Shown: positions 17,208-26,110 of the stretch, in pieces
Layout of the letters: each line of letters begins with the position of its first letter
Position numbering within the stretch: position 1 is the first letter of the stretch
Source: an archaeon
GTDB lineage: Archaea > Iainarchaeota > Iainarchaeia > Iainarchaeales > JAAZKV01
Reading direction: 5' to 3'
NCBI GenBank assembly: GCA_041664905.1
Contig: JBAYJX010000003.1
Coordinates: 537-64,536 of the forward strand
Length of the DNA: 64,000 nucleotides
Notes under the pieces: model-generated
The model's database searches: none
Seen by the model: only the letters and a program-made list of their open reading frames with translations
Told to the model about the DNA's origin: nothing
Translations under genes and position numbers: made by a program

Positions 17208-20195
17208 GTGATAAAAAGATTAGGGGTGTTGCCTTTGCCTAAGTTTGTGATAAAGAGAGATGGTTCTAAAGCGCTTTTTGATAGTTCTAAAGTAGCTACT
17301 GCTATTTGGAAAGCAGTTCAAGCTGTTGGTGGTGTTGATAGGAAGCGTTCTGATGTTATTGCTGAGGAAGTTGTTGTAAGAATTAATGAAAAATATGGTT
17401 CTGACGGAGTTCCTTCTGTTGAAGAGATTCAGGATTTAGTTGAAACTACTTTAATTAAAGGTGGGCACGATAAAACAGCTAAAGCATATATTTTGTATCG
17501 TCACCAAAGAGAACTTTTGAGAAGAACAGAGGACATGGTAAATAATTTTGATATAGTTAATCAATATATTTCTCAAGAAGATTGGCGTGTTAGAGAAAAT
17601 TCTAACATGGCTTATTCTTTGCAAGGAATGAACTTTAATATTGCCGGTAGAGTTGTTTCTAATTATTGGCTTGGTAGAGTTTATCCTAAAGAAGTTGCTG
17701 AGGCACATAAAACTGCAGCACTTCACATTCACGATCTTGATTGTTTAGCTGCATATTGTGTTGGTTGGGACTTAAAGCAGTTATTGCTTGAAGGTTTTAC
17801 TGGTGTGAGAGGCAAAGTTTCATCAAAGCCTGCAAAGCACTTGCGTTCAGCGTTTGGGCAAATAGTTAATTTCTTTTATACTCTTCAAGGTGAAGCAGCA
17901 GGAGCTCAAGCTTTTTCAAACTTTGATACTTACTTAGCTCCTTTTATTAGATATGATAATTTGGATAGAAAACAAGTGAAGCAAGCAATTCAAGAATTTA
18001 TTTTTAATACTGCAGTTCCAACAAGAGTGGGTTTTCAATGTATGTCTGAAGATACAGAAATTTTGACGCCTCTTGGTTGGTTTGGATATTCTGATTTAAA
18101 GGAAGGGGACTTAATTAAAACATTTAATATTGAAAGTGGGGTAATTGAAGATAAACCAATTAAACGATTGTTTGCCCGAGAATATAATGGAAAAATGTTT
18201 AGGTTAAGAAACAGAATTTCTGATCAATTGATTTCTCCAAAACACCGGGTTGTAAGAAAAGCATTTGGTTCAAACAAATATATTCTTGAAGAAATTGAAT
18301 CCGTTAAATCACTTAAATCACCGTTTATAGTTCCAATTGCAGGGCTTAATAATTCAAAAGGTAGTATTTTGTCTAGTGAAGAAATCCGACTTCTTGCTTG
18401 GGTTATTGCCGAGGGTTCTAGCGAAAACCCCAAACACAAATATCGGCAGTGTGGTAGAATAACTCTTTACCAGTCAGAGAAATCAAACAAGAGTAAGTAT
18501 GAGGAAATTCTTTCTTTGTTGAAGGGATTCGCTCTGAAGTTTTCGATTAAAGATTCTATTCCTGCTTTTGGTTTTTCAACTAAGATGATTAGACTTAATG
18601 CCGCTTCTTCTCGTGAAGTTCACAATTATTTCCAAGATAAGTACGACATAAAGCACATCCCTCAAGAGTTATTCCAAATGAATCAAAATCAATCTCGTTT
18701 GTTTTTGGAAACCTATCTTAAAGCTGATGGGCATGAGGATTGTAAGATTTCTACAACAGATAAAAAGATTTTGGATGGTTTACAGCACATTTGCGTTTTA
18801 GCCGGGTATGGTTGTACGGTTTCAAAGCGTAAAGCAACTATTGGAAAAAAAGATATTTTTGTTTTAAGGTTAGTGAAGCATAATGAAACATATATTCAAA
18901 GAATTGAAGAAATTGATTATTCTGGAACAATTTGGTGTCCAAACACTGATAATGAAACAGTAATTGCTCGTCGCGCAGGTAAAGTGTTTATTACTGGTAA
19001 CACTCCTTTTACAAATATTACAATGGATTTGAATGTTCCTTCTCATATTGCTCATGATCCAGTAATTATTGGCGGTAAGGCAATGGAATTAACTTATGCG
19101 GATTTTCAAGAAGAAATGGATTTGTTTAATGATGTTTTTTGTGAGGTAATGACTGAGGGGGATGCGAGTGGTAGAATTTTTACTTTCCCAATTCCAACTT
19201 ATAATATTACTTCTAACTTTGATTGGGATTCTCCAAAGTATGATGGTATTTGGGAGATGACTGCTAAATATGGTATCCCTTATTTTGCAAATTATGTTAA
19301 CTCTGATATGAGTCCTGAAGATGCAAGGAGTATGTGTTGTAGGCTTCGCTTGGATAATAGAGTATTAAATAAAAGAGGAGGCGGATTATTCGGGGCAAAT
19401 CCTCTTACAGGGAGTATTGGGGTTGTTACAATTAATATGCCTCGATTAGGCTTTACTTCAAAATCAGAAAGTGAGTTTTTTGCTCAATTAGGTAGATTAA
19501 TGGATTTAGCAAAAGAATCTCTTGTAATAAAACGTAAAACAATTGAGCGTTTAGCTGATCAAGGATTGTATCCTTATGCAAAATATTATTTGCGCGGAAT
19601 AAAAGAACAAACTGGCGGTTATTGGACTAATCACTTTTCAACTATTGGTTTACTTGGGATGAATGAAGCTTTGCTTAATTTTATGAACAAGAACATTACT
19701 ACTAAAGAGGGTCAGGAGTTTACAATTAAGGTTCTTGATTTTATGCGTGATCGTTTGTTAGCTTATCAAGATGAAACAGGGGATTTGTTTAACTTGGAAG
19801 CTACTCCTGGTGAAGGTACTTCAAGAAGATTTGCTTGGGCAGACAAGAAACAGTTCCCAACAATTATTGTAGCAAATGAGAAACAGTTTAAGGAGCACGG
19901 AGTAGCCCCATATTACACTAACTCTACTCAACTCCCAGTTAGTCTTTCTCTTGATTTGTTTAGTGCGTTAGATTTGCAAGATCCTTTGCAAACAAGGTAT
20001 ACTGGTGGAACAGTGTTCCATGTTTTCCTTGGGGAAAAATTGCCTTCAAAGGAAGCTACAAAGAATTTAGTTAGAAAGATTTCTGCAAATTATCATTTGC
20101 CTTATTTTTCTCTTACTCCAACTTTTAGTGTGTGCCCAATTCATGGTTACATTGCTGGGGAGCATGAGTATTGTCCAGTTTGTGAGAAGGAGTAA
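17208..20195 (+). CDS. nrdD: anaerobic ribonucleoside-triphosphate reductase large polypeptide (ATP-cone + core + Zn site), intein-containing, lacking the glycyl-radical loop
   Basis: ATP-cone 'VIKRDGSKALFD'. Core motifs 'PTRVGFQ|intein|TPFTNITMD' and 'CCRLRLD'. Ends 'CPIHGYIAGEHEYCPVCEKE*'. GTG start. Confidence 0.85.
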   Translation: MIKRLGVLPLPKFVIKRDGSKALFDSSKVATAIWKAVQAVGGVDRKRSDVIAEEVVVRINEKYGSDGVPSVEEIQDLVETTLIKGGHDKTAKAYILYRHQRELLRRTEDMVNNFDIVNQYISQEDWRVRENSNMAYSLQGMNFNIAGRVVSNYWLGRVYPKEVAEAHKTAALHIHDLDCLAAYCVGWDLKQLLLEGFTGVRGKVSSKPAKHLRSAFGQIVNFFYTLQGEAAGAQAFSNFDTYLAPFIRYDNLDRKQVKQAIQEFIFNTAVPTRVGFQCMSEDTEILTPLGWFGYSDLKEGDLIKTFNIESGVIEDKPIKRLFAREYNGKMFRLRNRISDQLISPKHRVVRKAFGSNKYILEEIESVKSLKSPFIVPIAGLNNSKGSILSSEEIRLLAWVIAEGSSENPKHKYRQCGRITLYQSEKSNKSKYEEILSLLKGFALKFSIKDSIPAFGFSTKMIRLNAASSREVHNYFQDKYDIKHIPQELFQMNQNQSRLFLETYLKADGHEDCKISTTDKKILDGLQHICVLAGYGCTVSKRKATIGKKDIFVLRLVKHNETYIQRIEEIDYSGTIWCPNTDNETVIARRAGKVFITGNTPFTNITMDLNVPSHIAHDPVIIGGKAMELTYADFQEEMDLFNDVFCEVMTEGDASGRIFTFPIPTYNITSNFDWDSPKYDGIWEMTAKYGIPYFANYVNSDMSPEDARSMCCRLRLDNRVLNKRGGGLFGANPLTGSIGVVTINMPRLGFTSKSESEFFAQLGRLMDLAKESLVIKRKTIERLADQGLYPYAKYYLRGIKEQTGGYWTNHFSTIGLLGMNEALLNFMNKNITTKEGQEFTIKVLDFMRDRLLAYQDETGDLFNLEATPGEGTSRRFAWADKKQFPTIIVANEKQFKEHGVAPYYTNSTQLPVSLSLDLFSALDLQDPLQTRYTGGTVFHVFLGEKLPSKEATKNLVRKISANYHLPYFSLTPTFSVCPIHGYIAGEHEYCPVCEKE
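18039..19001 (+). mobile_element. intein (321 aa) with LAGLIDADG homing-endonuclease domain inside nrdD
   Basis: Starts 'CMSEDTEILTP' and ends 'VFITGN' before the +1 Thr. LAGLIDADG-like 'LLAWVIAEGS' and 'FLETYLKADGHE'. The flanks rejoin as GFQ-TPFTN. Confidence 0.85.
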
Positions 20196-20226
20196 AGAAA
20201 GTTTAGTTATTGTTTGTTGATTTTTT

Positions 20227-20234
20227 GGAGGTGA
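20227..20234 (+). promoter_or_regulatory. Shine-Dalgarno (GGAGGTGA) for the glycyl-radical mini-ORF
   Basis: GGAGGTGA lies 5 nt upstream of the ATG at 20240. Confidence 0.6.
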
Positions 20235-20239
20235 AGTGG

Positions 20240-20380
20240 ATGGTTAAAACAAAGTGCGAGGTTTATTCAAGAGTTGTTGGTTATATTAGACCAGTTAGTA
20301 ATTGGAACGACTCAAAACAAGCAGAGTTTGCTGATAGAAAAAAGTATGATTCAGCTGTAAATGAATGCGGTTGCCAATAG
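20240..20380 (+). CDS. stand-alone NrdD glycyl-radical domain (46 aa)
   Basis: Translates to 'MVKTKCEVYSRVVGYIRPVSNWNDSKQAEFADRKKYDSAVNECGCQ'. It contains the RxxGY radical-glycine loop normally found at the NrdD C-terminus. Not in the ORF track because it is under 60 aa. Confidence 0.7.
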   Translation: MVKTKCEVYSRVVGYIRPVSNWNDSKQAEFADRKKYDSAVNECGCQ

Positions 20381-20456
20381 TTTTTGTTAAGTATTATTGT
20401 AAGTATTGGTTAAACGCATTCTTTTATTTTTTTTATTTTTATTTCTTTTTTGGTGT

Positions 20457-21164
20457 ATGGGTGTTAGTGTGTTTATTGGGGCATTACAAAAAACTACTCT
20501 TACTGATTTTCCCGGTAAAGTTGCGTGTATTGTTTTTTTAGTGAATTGTAACTTTAAGTGCAAGTTTTGTTATAATAAAGAACTTACCGCGTACAAGTTT
20601 TTTAAAAAATCTAAGCGTGAGTTAATTCAGTCAAAAGATTTTTTTGATTTTTTAGAAGCAAAGAAAAAGATGCTTGACGGGGTAGTAATTACGGGCGGGG
20701 AACCCACGCTTTCTCCTGGTTTGTATGATTTTATAAAAAAAATTAAATCTATAGGGTTAGCAGTAAAGCTTGATTCTAATGGTACTCGTCCTTCCGTGTT
20801 AAGAAAGTTAATTGCTGATAAGTTAGTTGATTATATTGCAATGGATATTAAAGCTCCTCTTTCAAAGTACAAAGAAATTACTCAATCAAGTATTCCTGGC
20901 GAAGTAATTTTAGAATCAATTGATTTGATTCGTAATTCGGGGGTTCCTCACGAGTTTAGAACCACGCTTTACCCAAAGTTAACAAAAGAAGATTTAATTG
21001 AAATGTCTCATTTTATTCCAAAAGAAAAGTGGTTTTGGCAGAGTTTTGAGCCAAAGCAAGCACTAGATTTGCCTTCAAGAAAACTTAAGCCAATGAAGCC
21101 TAGTGAAGTAAAATTAATTCTTGCTGAGGTTAGGCCTGAAGTTGATGTAGTGTTTAGGGAATAA
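20457..21164 (+). CDS. nrdG: anaerobic RNR activating radical-SAM protein
   Basis: 'CNFKCKFC' (CxxxCxxC) and 'GVVITGGEPTL'. Lies immediately downstream of nrdD. ATG at 20457 preferred over the upstream TTG. Confidence 0.8.
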   Translation: MGVSVFIGALQKTTLTDFPGKVACIVFLVNCNFKCKFCYNKELTAYKFFKKSKRELIQSKDFFDFLEAKKKMLDGVVITGGEPTLSPGLYDFIKKIKSIGLAVKLDSNGTRPSVLRKLIADKLVDYIAMDIKAPLSKYKEITQSSIPGEVILESIDLIRNSGVPHEFRTTLYPKLTKEDLIEMSHFIPKEKWFWQSFEPKQALDLPSRKLKPMKPSEVKLILAEVRPEVDVVFRE

Positions 21165-21582
21165 CTTTTTGAATTACAAACCAGTTTGTACTTTTTTGGT
21201 ATTCTTTTATTTCATCAAGAAAGTATGAGTTAATTATTTTTTCTGCTTCCTTAAGTGTAAGCCACTTATACTCGGTGTGTTCTTTGCTTAAAGTAACAAT
21301 ATCATTTTTTGTTGTGCAAACAAATGAGGTCATTTCTATTTTTTGTCCATCAACTCTAGTAAACTTTCTTTTGCATAATGGTCTTAATATTTCTATTTCA
21401 AGATTTGTTTCTTCTTTTACTTCTCGTTTTAGTCCATCTTCTAATTTTTCTCCTACTTCAATTCTTCCTCCTGGTAGTTCCCAAGAAGAGGGGTGTTCAA
21501 CATCATCATCAGCTCTTTTCACAAGAAGTAATTTTTTGTTTTTTACAATGAAAGCTTTTGCTGCAGGGCTACGAGTAGTCAT
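21154..21582 (-). CDS. Nudix hydrolase
   Basis: Nudix box 'GGRIEVGEKLEDGLKREVKEETNL'. Confidence 0.85.
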   Translation of the reverse strand: MTTRSPAAKAFIVKNKKLLLVKRADDDVEHPSSWELPGGRIEVGEKLEDGLKREVKEETNLEIEILRPLCKRKFTRVDGQKIEMTSFVCTTKNDIVTLSKEHTEYKWLTLKEAEKIINSYFLDEIKEYQKSTNWFVIQKVIP

Positions 21583-21661
21583 AATTATCTTTTATGTTGT
21601 TTAAAATAATTTTCTAACACACCTCTTTAAATTATTTTGCTGTCAATATATTTTTGATTTT

Positions 21662-22228
21662 ATGTTTCTTGGGATAGTTGGGTTAAATGGTTCGGGCAAA
21701 GACACTGTTGCGCAGTATTTAGTTCAAAAACATAATTTTGTGCATGAGGATTTTGGTCAAGAGATTCGTGATGAACTTAAGACTCTTGGAAAAAATTATC
21801 TTGACCGAATTGAAATGATTAATCTTGCAAATGAGCGAAGGGCAAAGTTTGGGCATAATTATTGGGCAATTCGTTTGTTGACAAAGCACCCCGAAGGAAA
21901 AAATCTTGTTTTAACTTCTATTCGCAACCCTGCCGAGATTGATGAGATAAAATCTCGTGGAGGCATTGTTGTTGAAGTGTTTGCTGATATTAAAACTCGG
22001 TATGCTCGGACAGTAGATCGTGTAAAAAATGATTCTACCGCGCATGGTGATGTTGTGAGTTTTGAAGATTTTAAACGAAAAGAAGAAATGGAACTTTCAA
22101 GTACTGACCCAGCTAAACAACAGTTGCTAAAATGTATTGCTGCTGCGCAATATAAACTTAATAATGAGGGTTCCCAAAAGCAACTTGAAGCTCAACTTGA
22201 AGAGTTGTTTAGAAAATTGAAAGGATAA
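21662..22228 (+). CDS. P-loop nucleotide kinase-like protein (dephospho-CoA-kinase/UPF0200-like)
   Basis: 'IVGLNGSGKDTVAQYL', 'LTSIRNPAEIDEIK' and 'RYARTVDR'. Substrate unknown. Confidence 0.5.
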   Translation: MFLGIVGLNGSGKDTVAQYLVQKHNFVHEDFGQEIRDELKTLGKNYLDRIEMINLANERRAKFGHNYWAIRLLTKHPEGKNLVLTSIRNPAEIDEIKSRGGIVVEVFADIKTRYARTVDRVKNDSTAHGDVVSFEDFKRKEEMELSSTDPAKQQLLKCIAAAQYKLNNEGSQKQLEAQLEELFRKLKG

Positions 22229-22245
22229 TACACGAAATTAATCAG

Positions 22246-22749
22246 CTATTTTTGGTTTGCATATTCTGCGATATTTTGATCAAGTGTTACTAGTTCTATT
22301 CCTGCGTCCTTAAACATTTGTTCAGTTTCTGCTCCTGCGTGGTATCTTTTTTCTGCAACTACTCTTTTTATTCCACAGTTAACTATTAGCATTGCACATC
22401 TTAAGCACGGTGTCATTTGTAAATAAAGCGTTCCTCCTTCAAGGGGAATTCCAAGTTTTGCTGCTTGGCAAATCGCATTTTGTTCTGAGTGTATTGTTCT
22501 TTCACAATGCAATGATTTGTGTCCATCTTCATGTATAGTTTCTTTTAGTAAGTGCCCTACTTCATCACAATGTGGTAGTCCTTTTGGCGCTCCATTATAT
22601 CCTGTTACAAGTATTTGTTTGTCTTTGGTAACTACGCAACCTAGTCGAATTCGATCGCAAGTTCCTCTTCCCCCAACCATTTTTGCTATTCCTAAAAAGT
22701 ATTCATCCCACGAGGGTCGTTTGTAAGCTTCTTTTTTTTCAGTTTCCAT
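22246..22749 (-). CDS. dCMP deaminase
   Basis: Zn motifs 'HSEQNAI' and 'PCLRCAMLI'. Confidence 0.85.
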   Translation of the reverse strand: METEKKEAYKRPSWDEYFLGIAKMVGGRGTCDRIRLGCVVTKDKQILVTGYNGAPKGLPHCDEVGHLLKETIHEDGHKSLHCERTIHSEQNAICQAAKLGIPLEGGTLYLQMTPCLRCAMLIVNCGIKRVVAEKRYHAGAETEQMFKDAGIELVTLDQNIAEYANQK

Positions 22750-22790
22750 AACTATCCTCTGTTTTGTATATTTTTTTAAATCCTTCTTTT

Positions 22791-24047
22791 TTAGAGTATT
22801 TCTCTTACCCCAAATTCATTGTTTCCTGAGAATGAATTTGTTTTTTGGTATCCATATAGTTTGATTTCTTTTCCAATTAGTTTTCCATTGAGTTCAGCTG
22901 TAAGCACTTCGGTGCTTTTTCCATTTAGTGCACTCTCTAGTTCTTCTTGCAGCATTCCAATTGCTGTTAAAGCATTTTTTCCAAAGAAATTTGCTCGTAT
23001 TCCAGCAGTATCATCTTCTAGTGTAATTGATACAACTGCATTTTTCTTGCTCTCTGTTTCTCCGCAGTTTTCGCATAGTAATCCGTTTGGTGTGTGTTGC
23101 ACTTTTTTGCCGCATTTTTTGCAGACTTCAAAGAAATAGTTTCCTTTTTCAATTCCCGTTATTTTTCCAGTAATTGCCGCGCTTTCTCCATCAGTTAATT
23201 GGTTAATTTTTTTCTCAACTATTCTTTCTTTTAGTATTTCAGCAGCATTGGGCATATTTATTGTGCTTTCGCTCATTGTGGCAGTGTACCCTAAGTGTAG
23301 TTCTACTCCAAACCTTCCGTCTTTAGTATAAGCATTTTTGATTTCAACAACATCTCCTTCGTTGTATTTTTCTAGTTCATCAGCTTTATCATTCCAAGCA
23401 GTTGCTCGTAAGAGTGCAGTTTCGTCTCCGATTTGAAATGAGCATAATTTTCCTTTTCTATCATTTGATTCAAATTCTTTGCAAGGAAATTTTCGTAATA
23501 TTCTTCCAACAAGATTTACTCCATTAGCTCCAGCTTTAAGTTCAGCCATTTTTTCAAAAGTTTCTTCTTTTTTGTTTAGTATTTGTATTGTTCCATTGAA
23601 TCCTAAAGTAACTTGTGTTTTGTCATTGTATTTTGAGACAATTACATTGGATAATATTATTTCGCTTCCTTTTGTTAAGTCATATTTATCCACTTGGTCG
23701 TTCCATAGTGTAGCTCGTACTTCGCCAGTTCCATCAGAGAGTATTATTGATTTTAGTTTTCCTTTTTTGCCATTTTTATCAAATTCTTTTAATGGAAAAA
23801 CTGCTTCAACCAGTCCTTTAATTTCAATTCCTTTCATTCCTTCAGTGAGTTGTCCTACTTGTACTTGTTCGAGTGCTTCTTGTTTTAATCCTAGTTCTTT
23901 TTGAACCATAAATGAAGCCCCTTGTTCAGTTAGTAATCCCGAAAATTTTTCCACTTTTGCTTTAATTAGTGCTCGCACTTCTTCTTCGCTTTTACCAGTT
24001 TTTTGTGCAATTTCAGAAATTATTTCTTCAGGAGTTTTTTCAGTCAT
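22791..24047 (-). CDS. rpa: replication protein A-like ssDNA-binding protein (multiple OB folds + Zn ribbon)
   Basis: N-terminus 'LLTEQGASFMVQKELGL'. Repeated OB-like units. 'CKKCGKKV..CENCGE'. Confidence 0.75.
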   Translation of the reverse strand: MTEKTPEEIISEIAQKTGKSEEEVRALIKAKVEKFSGLLTEQGASFMVQKELGLKQEALEQVQVGQLTEGMKGIEIKGLVEAVFPLKEFDKNGKKGKLKSIILSDGTGEVRATLWNDQVDKYDLTKGSEIILSNVIVSKYNDKTQVTLGFNGTIQILNKKEETFEKMAELKAGANGVNLVGRILRKFPCKEFESNDRKGKLCSFQIGDETALLRATAWNDKADELEKYNEGDVVEIKNAYTKDGRFGVELHLGYTATMSESTINMPNAAEILKERIVEKKINQLTDGESAAITGKITGIEKGNYFFEVCKKCGKKVQHTPNGLLCENCGETESKKNAVVSITLEDDTAGIRANFFGKNALTAIGMLQEELESALNGKSTEVLTAELNGKLIGKEIKLYGYQKTNSFSGNNEFGVREIL

Positions 24048-24131
24048 TGTGTTTCACTAAAATAGTTTTGATTATTCTTATTGATACTTTATTTGCATTC
24101 CTTTTATAATCTTTCGAGTCCTTCCTGCCGG

Positions 24132-24695
24132 CTATTCTTTTGGAATAATATTTTTTTCATTTAGTTCTTTGATAAGTTCATTAAAGAATTTTAATAAGAT
24201 TGGGAATTCCAAAAAATATGCTTCTTTGTATTTTCTAAGTTTCTCTTCAGTGTATCCGTGTTCTTTCCATTCAGTTGGTTGGTGGATTGATTGTAAAATA
24301 GGATCAAGTGCATCTATTGCATGAGCAAATTTTGCTTCAAGAGTTCTGTTTTCCAAGTATTCTTTCCAGATTTTTTTAAATTCAGTTACAATTTCTTTTG
24401 GAAGTTCTTTTTCAAGTTGTTTAAGTGCTTTCTCTTCAAGTTCTTCTTTTTTTGTCCGTTCCTCTATTTTTAGTATATCAATATCCCCTGCATGTATTTC
24501 CACATAGTCATGATAAAGTAAGAGTTTGATTACTTTAATTTCACTTAGTTTTGGGTGTTTTTTTAAGAAATATTCAGCAATGGTAATAGCAGAGAACGTG
24601 TGTTCCGCAGTAGTTTCGTTTCGTTCCTCAACTTTTCCTGATCTTTTAATTTCTTTTAGTTTGTAGGGGGTGTGCAGCTTCTCAAGTAGTGTCAT
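24132..24695 (-). CDS. HD-domain phosphohydrolase, YfbR-like 5'-deoxynucleotidase
   Basis: 'ETTAEHTFS' and 'LLYHDYVEIHAGDI'. Confidence 0.7.
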   Translation of the reverse strand: MTLLEKLHTPYKLKEIKRSGKVEERNETTAEHTFSAITIAEYFLKKHPKLSEIKVIKLLLYHDYVEIHAGDIDILKIEERTKKEELEEKALKQLEKELPKEIVTEFKKIWKEYLENRTLEAKFAHAIDALDPILQSIHQPTEWKEHGYTEEKLRKYKEAYFLEFPILLKFFNELIKELNEKNIIPKE

Positions 24696-24827
24696 ACAAA
24701 TAGTTTTTGCCCAAAGATTTTATTAATTGAAGTATTTGCAGTAAAATTTCACTCTTTTTTGGGTTTCGTTTTTTTCCCAAAAGAAGCCTTTTTATACCCC
24801 TTTTTCCTAGAATTTGGTAGTGAGTGT

Positions 24828-25604
24828 ATGAAAGACGGTAAGGTTTACACTAAGTTACTTGGTCAACTAAAAGAGCAAGCAGGGCTTCTTTTCTTAGTTA
24901 TTGACCCCCCTAATCAGGATCCTGTGGTAGCGGGTAAAATTGCTTCTATTGCGGAGAAAGCAGGGGTTAGTGCTATTGCTGTTGGTGGTTCTTTAGGGGC
25001 TCAAGGAAAGATTTTGGATGATACGCTGACTGCAATTAAGGATAAGTCAAAACTTCCAACAATTCTTTTCCCAGGTAATATTGCAACTCTTTCAAAATTA
25101 GCTGATGCTACTTACTTTCTTTCAATGCTAAATAGTAATGATCCTTATTATATTTCTGGTGCTCAAACAGCCGCAGCTTTTCCAATTAAGAAAATGGGTC
25201 TTGAAGTAATTCCAACTTCTTATATTATAGTTGAACCAGGTAGAGCAGTTGGTTTTATGGGTAGAGCTCAATTAATTCCAAGAAATTTAGGTTATTTAGC
25301 AGCAGCTAATGCATTAGCCGGTCAGTACATGGGCGCTAAAATGGTTATTCTTGAATCAGGCGGGGGAGCACCAGAACCAGTTTCAAAGGAAATGATTGCT
25401 CAAACAAAATCTTCTATTGAAATTCCTTTAGTAATAGCAGGGGGAGTTAGAACTCCTGAATTTGCATTTGATTGTATTTCAAGTGGAGCAGATATAGTTC
25501 ATGTTGGTTCTGCAATTGAGAAAACTAAATCGGATGCAGAAATTAAATCCAAGTTAGAGAAAATGGTTGAATCTGTTAACAAAGCCGCAAAATCAAAGCA
25601 ATAG
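24828..25604 (+). CDS. geranylgeranylglyceryl phosphate synthase (PcrB family)
   Basis: 'AIAVGGSLG', 'ILFPGN', 'ILESGGGAPEPV' and 'PLVIAGGVRTPE'. Confidence 0.85.
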   Translation: MKDGKVYTKLLGQLKEQAGLLFLVIDPPNQDPVVAGKIASIAEKAGVSAIAVGGSLGAQGKILDDTLTAIKDKSKLPTILFPGNIATLSKLADATYFLSMLNSNDPYYISGAQTAAAFPIKKMGLEVIPTSYIIVEPGRAVGFMGRAQLIPRNLGYLAAANALAGQYMGAKMVILESGGGAPEPVSKEMIAQTKSSIEIPLVIAGGVRTPEFAFDCISSGADIVHVGSAIEKTKSDAEIKSKLEKMVESVNKAAKSKQ

Positions 25605-25621
25605 TTTTGATAATTCTTTTT

Positions 25622-26110
25622 ATGAAAAACGATCAATTTGTTGAGGGCCTTCTTGAGGGCTGTAAGAAAGCTAATTGTGAGTGTACTTGTTGTGATGGTG
25701 ATCAAGTAGAGGAATGGGTTAATGAGTACTTTGCTTTTCACGAGCGTACTAAAGATTATTTAGCAGAAATTGGGATTAAGATTAGTTTTGTTGGGGATCG
25801 AGTGCGCTTCGAGAATTGTTCTGATGGTAAGGAGTGTAAGTTTTTGAAGTTTTCATTAAATAAAGATATTGACCCTCGCCCTATTGATTGCAAAATATTC
25901 CCTTATGTAGTTGATTGGGAAGATATTGATTTTGATAACAAGATAGTTCACTTGTATTATTGGGATAAAACTTGTCCATTAACAAAAAAAGATTTGGTTC
26001 CAGAGAGTTTTAGAAAAGAAGTTGAATCAATAATAAAGCGTGATTTTGCAGTTCTTTTCTATGGCACGCGTTTCAAGGTTGTTTTTGTTAATGACATTAA
26101 AACAAAGTAG
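25622..26110 (+). CDS. YkgJ-like cysteine-cluster protein
   Basis: 'CECTCC' cluster, then 'CKFLKF...DPRPIDCKIFPY', matching the CxxCxxCC...RPxxCrxFP family pattern. Confidence 0.5.
   Translation: MKNDQFVEGLLEGCKKANCECTCCDGDQVEEWVNEYFAFHERTKDYLAEIGIKISFVGDRVRFENCSDGKECKFLKFSLNKDIDPRPIDCKIFPYVVDWEDIDFDNKIVHLYYWDKTCPLTKKDLVPESFRKEVESIIKRDFAVLFYGTRFKVVFVNDIKTK

Noticed and set aside
20196-20239. Idea that the nrdD interruption is a self-splicing intron, stop-codon readthrough or a simple frameshift.
   Set aside because: The 44-nt gap is far too short for a group I or II intron. Continuing in frame after the TAA hits TGA at 20232..20234. The downstream frame has its own upstream TAG at 20204..20206. 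A separate gene with its own Shine-Dalgarno is the simplest reading.
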